Shown piece after piece: positions 58,360 through 64,000 of a stretch of 64,000 nt of DNA (its first letter is position 1; each line of letters opens with the position of its first letter). Below the pieces are notes generated by a model that did not search any database, had not been told where the DNA came from, and was given only the letters and a program-made list of their open reading frames with translations. The position numbers and the translations under genes are program-made. Source of the stretch: an uncultured Actinomycetes bacterium (lineage in GTDB: Bacteria > Actinomycetota > Thermoleophilia > Gaiellales > Gaiellaceae); contig CAWALC010000001.1 of the NCBI GenBank assembly GCA_963782765.1, forward strand, positions 323,451 to 387,450. Direction: 5' to 3'.

Positions 58360-58807
58360 CGTCGCCCTCGCCACCGTCGTCCTCGTCGTCGTCGGGCGGC
58401 TCGGAGCCTGCCGGTGCGGGCGCCGGGATGGGAACCGGCGCGGCGCCTGTCGGGCGTTGGCGCGGCTGCGCGGTGACGCGGTCGTCCGCGTCCGCTCGTG
58501 GCGGTGGAGCGGCGGGTGGGGCCGCGGGCTGCGTGGCGGGCTGCGCGGCGGCACGCGGCGCGCTCGAGGAGCGGGTCGCTTTCGCCGGCGTTCGGGCCTT
58601 CCGCCGTTTTGTGCGCGCAGCTTGTCGCGGGCGAGCTTTGGGCGCAGTCTTCGGCTTCTCCACCACCGGTTCGGCCTCGGGCGCGAGCTCGATCCGCGGG
58701 ACTTCCGTGCTGGTCGGATCGCCGGAGAGGTAGCTGCCGGCGACTGCGAGCGGGGCGAAGACGAGGACGGCGAGAATCGCGTACTTCACCGCCGCAAGTG
58801 TGGCCAT
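58292..58807 (-). CDS. membrane-anchored low-complexity protein with basic middle and poly-Asp/Gly tail
   Basis: 171-aa ORF. Signal anchor MATLAAVKYAILAVLVFAPLAVAG, a Lys/Arg/Pro/Ala-rich middle, and a tail EPPDDDEDDGGEGDDDDGGGGGDGGDDAGGGDDGDD*. Third codon positions are mostly G/C. It overlaps the kinase start by 68 nt. Confidence 0.55.
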   Translation of the reverse strand: MATLAAVKYAILAVLVFAPLAVAGSYLSGDPTSTEVPRIELAPEAEPVVEKPKTAPKARPRQAARTKRRKARTPAKATRSSSAPRAAAQPATQPAAPPAAPPPRADADDRVTAQPRQRPTGAAPVPIPAPAPAGSEPPDDDEDDGGEGDDDDGGGGGDGGDDAGGGDDGDD

Positions 58808-58822
58808 TGACCGCGAGAAAAC

Positions 58823-58850
58823 GATAAACGAAAGATGAGAGATTTCTCAT
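58823..58850 (+). promoter_or_regulatory. AT-rich repeat block: GATAAAC-N4-GATGAGA overlapping the palindrome ATGAGA-GATT-TCTCAT
   Basis: GATAAACGAAAGATGAGAGATTTCTCAT read directly in the 233-bp divergent region between the two two-component operons. Confidence 0.45.
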
Positions 58851-58975
58851 TTTTCGAATGTGAGCCTTGAAGCAAAGTCGCCAGAGGCTCACACTGCGTG
58901 CGGGAGGGCCAAATGCGGTCAATCGACGCCCTCATTGGGCAACACGTGTCACCTCGGCTACGCAGACGCCATCTT

Positions 58976-59007
58976 GGTTCTCGCGCGCGCGCGCGCGCGC
59001 GAGAACC
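58976..59007. repeat. perfect 32-nt palindrome GGTTCT-(CG)10-AGAACC
   Basis: Read directly. (CG)10 spans 58982-59001. The palindrome ends 34 nt before the GTG start (59041) of kinase copy 2 and lies upstream of its GGGAGG RBS (59028-59033). Confidence 0.9.
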
Positions 59008-59040
59008 TCATACGTCGGGTCCTGCCTGGGAGGCGCGAGC

Positions 59041-60609
59041 GTGACCACCGCGGACTCGAGCAACGTCCACCCGCTTCCCGGCGCTCCTCCGCCCGAGACG
59101 GAGCTGCCACCGCGCGTCCCTCGGTCGGCGCGTGAGCCTGAGCCGGAGAGGGAGACTGGGCGCCGCAGAGACCAGAAGTGGATCGGCGTCGCGCGCAGTG
59201 CCCGAACCAGGATCCTCGCCTCCTATGTGATCCTGCTGGCCGCCACGTCGATCCTGTCGACGCTGGCGATTCGCCAGATCCTCCTCATCCGGCTCGACGA
59301 CCGCATCCAGGATTCCGGCCAGCAGGAGGTCGCCGAGCTCGAGCGGCTCCTCTTCGTCGGCCGCGATCCCCTGACCAGCCAGCCGTTCGCCCATCCTCGC
59401 CGGTTGTTTCAGGTCTACCTCGAGCGGAACGTGCCGAGCAGCGAGGAGGCGCTGTTCACGTTCGTGAACGGCCGCTTCCACCGGCAGCTCCTGGAGCGCT
59501 TCCCGCTCGTCAGGCTTCCCGCCGAGACGCTGGCCGACTGGGCGGCGCTCTCGAGCAACCTGCCCGGAAGGGGGGAGCGCGTGACGGGCACGTTCAGCAC
59601 CGAGCTCGGAAAGGCGCACTACCGGGTTCGTAGGGTCGAGCTCAGTGGGCACACGGGCGCGTTCGTCGTGGCGACGCTTCCGGCGAAGGAGCTGGACGAG
59701 ATCAGGGACCTCCAGACGTACGGCGTCGGCGTGACGCTCATCGTCCTGCTGCTCGCCTCGGCGGCCGCGTGGCTGATCGCCGGCCGTGCTCTCGCGCCGG
59801 TACGGGAGTTGACCATGACGGCACGGTCGATCTCCCAGTCCGACCTGACCCGCCGGATCGGCGTGTACGGCGCCGGCGACGCCGCCGAGATGGCACGAAG
59901 CTTCAACGCGATGCTCGACCGGCTCGAACGTGTCTTCCGAGGACAGCGCGAGTTCGTCCAGGACGCGAGCCACGAGCTGCGCGACCCGTTGACGATCGTG
60001 CGCGGCCACCTCGAGCTGATGGGCGACGATCCCGTCGAGCGGCGTCAGACGGTCACGCTCGTCATCGACGAGCTCGACCGGATGAGCCGGATGGTCGACG
60101 ACCTCCAGCTCCTCGCCGAGGCGGAGCAGCCGGACTTCGTCCAGCGCGAGCCGCTCGACCTCGCGCTGATCGCACACGAGCTCGTGGCAAAGGCGAGCGC
60201 GCTGGCACCCCGGAGCTGGATTCTCGACCACGCGGCCGGCGGCACGGTCCTCGCCGATCGTCACCGCCTGACGGAGGCCGTGATGAACCTCGCGCACAAC
60301 GCCGTCCAGCACACCAGCGCCGACGACACGATCGCCATCGGCACCGCCCTCACCCACGACGAGGCGCTGATCTGGGTCCGCGACACGGGCACCGGCGTCC
60401 CCCTCTCCGAGCAGGAGCGGATCTTCGATCGCTTCACGCGTGGGCGGGAGGCCAGCCGGCGCTACCGAGGAGGCGGCCTCGGGCTTGCGAACGTGAAGGC
60501 GATCGCCGAGGCCCACGACGGGCGGGTCGAGCTCGAGAGCCGACTCAACGAGGGCTCGACGTTCACGATCATCATCCCCCGCTACCCCGTGGAGCAGGGA
60601 CCCGAATGA
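59041..60609 (+). CDS. sensor histidine kinase (copy 2, paralog of 56797..58359)
   Basis: GTG 59041 follows GGGAGG. The N-terminus VTTAD parallels MTTAA of copy 1. Same architecture, with collinear motifs (QQEVAELERLL / NQEVAELRALL; YLERNVPSSEEALFTFVNG / YLQRNVPSENEALITFANG) and H-box ASHELRDPLT. Confidence 0.9.
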   Translation: MTTADSSNVHPLPGAPPPETELPPRVPRSAREPEPERETGRRRDQKWIGVARSARTRILASYVILLAATSILSTLAIRQILLIRLDDRIQDSGQQEVAELERLLFVGRDPLTSQPFAHPRRLFQVYLERNVPSSEEALFTFVNGRFHRQLLERFPLVRLPAETLADWAALSSNLPGRGERVTGTFSTELGKAHYRVRRVELSGHTGAFVVATLPAKELDEIRDLQTYGVGVTLIVLLLASAAAWLIAGRALAPVRELTMTARSISQSDLTRRIGVYGAGDAAEMARSFNAMLDRLERVFRGQREFVQDASHELRDPLTIVRGHLELMGDDPVERRQTVTLVIDELDRMSRMVDDLQLLAEAEQPDFVQREPLDLALIAHELVAKASALAPRSWILDHAAGGTVLADRHRLTEAVMNLAHNAVQHTSADDTIAIGTALTHDEALIWVRDTGTGVPLSEQERIFDRFTRGREASRRYRGGGLGLANVKAIAEAHDGRVELESRLNEGSTFTIIIPRYPVEQGPE

Positions 60610-61262
60610 CGCGCATCCTGATTGCCGAGGACGACCCGCTGATCGGGTCCTTCCTCGAGAAGGGTTTTCGGGCGAACGGATTCACGACATTTCTCACCGG
60701 GGACGGCGAGCAGGCTCAGGCGCTCGGCTTGAGCGACGAGTTCGATCTTCTCCTGCTCGACATGGGCCTCAACAGCCGCGACGGATTTCATGTTCTCCAA
60801 GAGCTTCGGTCTCGCGGAAAGACGCTGCCAATTCTCGTCCTGACAGGGCGCCGAGAACGGGACGTTGTCATGTGCCTCGAAGGCGGCGCCGACGACTACA
60901 TGACGAAGCCCTTTCACTTCGACGAGTTACTCGCGAGAGTAAAGACTCGCTTGCGGGTTACGGGAACTCAAGAGGCCGATGTGCTCAGCGCCGGAGAGAT
61001 TCGACTCGATTTACGCACGAGGCGGGCGACTGTCGGTGATAACACCGTCGACTTGACGGCGAGGGAATTCGCCTTGCTCGAAACATTGATCAGACATGCA
61101 GACAACGTCTTGAGCCGAGAGCAATTGCTGTCCCATGTGTGGGGATACTCGTTCGACCCCACGACGAACCTCGTGAACGTGTACGTGAACTCGCTGCGGA
61201 AGAAGCTCGGCCCGAACGTGATCGAGACGGTCCGCGGCGTCGGCTACCGGCTACCCGGCTAG
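60606..61262 (+). CDS. OmpR-family response regulator (copy 2), atypically low GC
   Basis: ATG overlaps the kinase TGA (ATGA). MTRILIAEDDPLIGSFLEKGFRANGF...LLLLDMGLNSRDG...MTKPF...VRGVGYRL. My hand GC counts of 60-nt lines give 47-63%. Confidence 0.93.
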   Translation: MTRILIAEDDPLIGSFLEKGFRANGFTTFLTGDGEQAQALGLSDEFDLLLLDMGLNSRDGFHVLQELRSRGKTLPILVLTGRRERDVVMCLEGGADDYMTKPFHFDELLARVKTRLRVTGTQEADVLSAGEIRLDLRTRRATVGDNTVDLTAREFALLETLIRHADNVLSREQLLSHVWGYSFDPTTNLVNVYVNSLRKKLGPNVIETVRGVGYRLPG

Positions 61263-61371
61263 TAGACCTCTCCCACTCGCACGTCGCCTCGGCCCTGCTA
61301 CGCCGGCGGACCGAAGTCTTCTGCGCCGCTCCCCCGGCATCGGGCTCGCCGCCCGGGGAGAGCCGGGCTCT

Positions 61372-61391
61372 GTAGATAAACGTAGATAAAC
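61372..61391 (+). promoter_or_regulatory. perfect tandem direct repeat GTAGATAAAC x2
   Basis: Read directly. The period is 10 bp. It sits 16 nt upstream of a TTGACG hexamer (61408-61413) and 66 nt upstream of the TTG start of the beta-helix protein. Confidence 0.55.
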
Positions 61392-61456
61392 GAACTCTCA
61401 CCGTGCTTTGACGGAACCCTGATTCGCCGCTTCCACACTGGCGCGGGGAGTTTGGG

Positions 61457-64000
61457 TTGCTAACTAAGCGGCATTCGACGTCTTGCAGGGCTCTTGAGGC
61501 CGGGGCTGACGCGCCCGGCCGAACGCCTATCAGGGTCCTCCCCCTACCCGGCGGCGAGGACGCGAGCACGTGTACTCGCCGCCGGCGGACCCTCCTCGCC
61601 GGCGGCGCAGCCTTTGCGCTCTACGCCTTCCTCCTGCTGAACTCCGAGGCCGCGATCGCGGCCTCGCTGCTTGGGGCGACCATGGTCGTCTTCCTGACTC
61701 TGCGCGCTCGGGACATCGCCTTCGTCCCGGCAGTGAGCCGGCCGAGCACTCTCCCTCATCGCGCGCGCCGCGTCCTGCTTCGGCTCGCGATCGCAACGAT
61801 TGCCGTGGGCATTGCGGCGGTCGCGATCTCGGCGAATGCGCAGGCGGCCGTTCCGGTGACGTACACGGTCACCAGCACTGCCGACCAAGCCGACATCAAT
61901 CCCGGCGACGGCACCTGCAGCACCGGCGCGTTCTCCGGAAACACGTGCACGCTCCGCGCCGCGATCCTCGAAGCGAACGCGCACCCCGGGGCCGACACGA
62001 TCCTGTTCGGTCTTCCGGGCGTGTTCGCACTCGGGATCCCCGTGACCAACGACGACACGCCCGCCAGCGGCGACTTCGACCTCATGGATCCGGTCACGAT
62101 CCGCGGCAACGCTGTCGCCGGCACGATCATCGACGGCGGCACGCCGCCCGAGAACAACGCCGACGCGGTCGGAATGGATCGGCTCTTCGAGATCCACCCG
62201 CAGGCGCGCAACGTCACCTTCGAAGACCTCACACTCCGCGAGGGTTCCGTCGACGGCGACGGTGCCGCGATCCAGAACTGGTCGTCCGGTGTCATCACTC
62301 TGAACAGGGTCCAGGTGCTGAGGAATCAGCCGGGCGGAGCGGGCGCGGTCAACAACGCCGACCCGTTCGACTACGACTGGCTCCCGATGGATCCGATTCC
62401 GATGCCGCCGCCGGGGCGCATCGAGATCATCGACTCGCTCTTCAAGAACAACAGCTCGGGCGCCGGCGGCTCCGCGATCAACAATCAATCGGGCGGCTAC
62501 ATCTCGATCTTCAACTCGGACATCGTCGACAACCCGGGCCCGATGATCCAGGATCCCCTCGACCCCGAGGAGATGATCCCGGCGCCGGGCGTCCTGCCGC
62601 CGGACTCGACCCCGATCGCCAACGAGGGCCACTTCGACGGCATCGGCACGATCTGGATCGGCAACTCGAGGTTGCGCGACAACTTCTCCGAGCACGACGG
62701 CGGCGCGGTCGCGAACCTCGGCGACGGCAACCTGATCATCGAGAACTCGCTGCTCGCCGACAACGCCACCGACGCGAGCGGCGGTGCCGTCTACTCCAAC
62801 GGCGGCAAGCTGACGATCAAGAACAGCATCGTCTCCGGCAACACAGCCCACGACGGCGGCGGGATCTACAGCGTCGGCTCGGCCACCTCGATCGGCCTGC
62901 GCCCGAAGATCGCCATCACCGACACCGAGATCCTGAACAACCACTCGCTCGCGGGCGGCGGCGGCATGTCGAGCGACGGCGAGGGTCACCTCACGCTCAC
63001 CGACAACCTCTTCAAGGGCAACAAGGCGGGCGACGACGGCGGCGGCCTCAACAACGGCGGCCGCGCCAGCATGATTGTCACGCGCGTCGACTTCATCGAG
63101 AACGAGTCGAACAACGAGGGCGGCGGCGCGTGGACGGGGAGCGAGCGGCTCGTCACGATCCAGGACTCCGATTTCTTGCGGAACAAGGGCGGCACTCCGG
63201 AGCCGCCCGAGCCGGGCGAGCCCGCCGAGCCGATCGACCCGAGCGACCCGAACATCAACACCGCGGGCGGCGGCGGCCTCTACACCGAGAACGGCCCGGT
63301 CACGGTCACGCGCTCGGAGTTCGCGCACAACGACGCCTCCGAGGAAGGCGGCGGCATCAGCATCGACAGCTTCGGCGAGGTCAAGATCAGCGACAGCGTC
63401 ATCCGCAACAACAGGGCCGGCGCGGACGGCGGCGGCGTCGAGAACAGCGGCTTCCGCGTCACCTTCGAGCGGCTTCACGTTCACGACAACTACGCGGTCC
63501 TCGACGGCGGCGGCATCTACAACTCCTCGAGCAACCCCTTCTTCGTCCTCAACAGCACCGTCGAGCGAAACAGCGCGGTGGACGGCGGCGGCCTCGCGAA
63601 CGCGCCGGACAACGACCTCATCATCCGCCGGTCACTCTTCCTCCGCAACGTCGCGCGCCACCCGCCCATCAGCGAGGACGGCGACATCGAGGAAGGCGGC
63701 CACGGCGGCGGCATCTTCAGCCTCGCCGACGGGGATGCCTTGATCGAGAACACCACCATCACCGGCAACGTGGCGGCGACCGGGGGCGGTGGCCTCTTCC
63801 ACGACGCCGACGGCGAGCTGAAGCTCATCAACCTGACCATCTGGCGCAACTCGGCTCCGCGCGGCGGCGGCATCGGCGTCGCGGAGTCCGACTTTGTGCC
63901 GCCACTGCCGCCGCTGCCGAATACCGCCGTCATCGTTCGGAACTCGATCGTCGGCGGCAGCGTCCAAGGCGGCAGCTGCGACTGGCTCGTCACGTCCGAG
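61457..64000 (+). CDS. large surface protein: N-terminal membrane helices, CSLREA-type motif, right-handed beta-helix (Pmp-like GGG-x repeats); 3' end beyond window
   Basis: The frame is open from the stop at 61409-61411 to the window edge, so it is absent from the ORF track. TTG 61457 follows GGGGAG; alternative starts are ATG 61682 and GTG 61733. Translation: ...RARRVLLRLAIATIAVGIAAVAISANAQA AVPVTYTVTSTADQADINPGDGTCSTGAFSGNTCTLRAAILEANAHPGADTILF..., then many repeats of the type (N/D)xxxxxGGG(I/L/V). The 646-aa minus ORF 61544..63484 is its antisense shadow. Confidence 0.85.
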   Translation, partial: MLTKRHSTSCRALEAGADAPGRTPIRVLPLPGGEDASTCTRRRRTLLAGGAAFALYAFLLLNSEAAIAASLLGATMVVFLTLRARDIAFVPAVSRPSTLPHRARRVLLRLAIATIAVGIAAVAISANAQAAVPVTYTVTSTADQADINPGDGTCSTGAFSGNTCTLRAAILEANAHPGADTILFGLPGVFALGIPVTNDDTPASGDFDLMDPVTIRGNAVAGTIIDGGTPPENNADAVGMDRLFEIHPQARNVTFEDLTLREGSVDGDGAAIQNWSSGVITLNRVQVLRNQPGGAGAVNNADPFDYDWLPMDPIPMPPPGRIEIIDSLFKNNSSGAGGSAINNQSGGYISIFNSDIVDNPGPMIQDPLDPEEMIPAPGVLPPDSTPIANEGHFDGIGTIWIGNSRLRDNFSEHDGGAVANLGDGNLIIENSLLADNATDASGGAVYSNGGKLTIKNSIVSGNTAHDGGGIYSVGSATSIGLRPKIAITDTEILNNHSLAGGGGMSSDGEGHLTLTDNLFKGNKAGDDGGGLNNGGRASMIVTRVDFIENESNNEGGGAWTGSERLVTIQDSDFLRNKGGTPEPPEPGEPAEPIDPSDPNINTAGGGGLYTENGPVTVTRSEFAHNDASEEGGGISIDSFGEVKISDSVIRNNRAGADGGGVENSGFRVTFERLHVHDNYAVLDGGGIYNSSSNPFFVLNSTVERNSAVDGGGLANAPDNDLIIRRSLFLRNVARHPPISEDGDIEEGGHGGGIFSLADGDALIENTTITGNVAATGGGGLFHDADGELKLINLTIWRNSAPRGGGIGVAESDFVPPLPPLPNTAVIVRNSIVGGSVQGGSCDWLVTSE

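Noticed and set aside
58976-59007. Possible CRISPR-like or other interspersed repeat array.
   Set aside because: It is a single simple-sequence palindrome. No spaced direct repeats of 25-40 nt occur anywhere in the window.
58867-59040. Upstream TTG start for kinase 2 (track ORF 58867..60609), which would place the (CG)10 tract inside coding sequence as an Arg-Ala repeat.
   Set aside because: GTG 59041 has a GGGAGG RBS at the correct spacing and gives an N-terminus parallel to the paralog (VTTAD vs MTTAA). The upstream extension is AT-rich and low-complexity.
60606-64000. The low-GC right end as a mobile genetic element.
   Set aside because: No integrase, transposase, tRNA attachment site or flanking direct repeats are visible in the window, so only a compositional anomaly can be claimed.

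Overview
This is a high-GC (about 70% by hand counts of sample lines), densely coding chromosomal segment of actinobacterial type. I support about 65 protein genes. I found no rRNA or tRNA genes, no CRISPR array, and no transposase or integrase. The main blocks, in order: (1) an MFS transporter fragment, then a nitrogen-assimilation operon glnA-cupin-glnK-amtB. (2) Small housekeeping and unknown genes (two cupins, SIMPL, rhodanese, HNH, DUF4446-like, DUF1707). (3) The actinobacterial envelope-signalling cluster STK-fhaA-fhaB-pstP-rodA-pbpA-pknB, extended here by a translationally coupled ddl. (4) A third Ser/Thr kinase, then gabT, pdxH, dinB, an aldo/keto reductase, dcd and small redox/START-like genes. 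(5) A pentose-phosphate supra-operon: tkt, divergent from rpiB-tal-pgi-gnd-zwf-opcA. (6) A PAS histidine kinase, a response regulator and a STAS protein. (7) A heavily disrupted secreted-repeat-protein gene and an amidase. (8) caa3-type oxidase genes ctaC-ctaD-ctaB plus a coupled 63-codon membrane ORF. (9) A Kelch / heme-oxygenase-like / PadR / S41 string. (10) An amino-acid ABC transporter. (11) Two divergently arranged paralogous two-component systems beside an Asp/Gly-tailed protein, a low-GC patch, and a large CSLREA/beta-helix surface protein that runs off the right edge. Several real genes are absent from or mis-bounded in the ORF track: edge-truncated genes, internal starts, and frame-shifted genes fused into long ORFs. 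I could not support any clearly new multi-gene system of the defence type. The best candidates for something undescribed are the duplicated two-component module with its shared purine-rich direct repeats, the (CG)10 perfect palindrome and atypical-GC regulator next to the beta-helix protein, the 79-nt nested palindrome that supplies the stop codons of two convergent genes, and the terminator-like leader of glnA. A recurring technical or biological signal is single-base indels that break otherwise conserved genes (ddl, dcd, opcA, amidase, ABC ATPase), plus one 1.65-kb gene with about ten frame changes and an in-frame stop.
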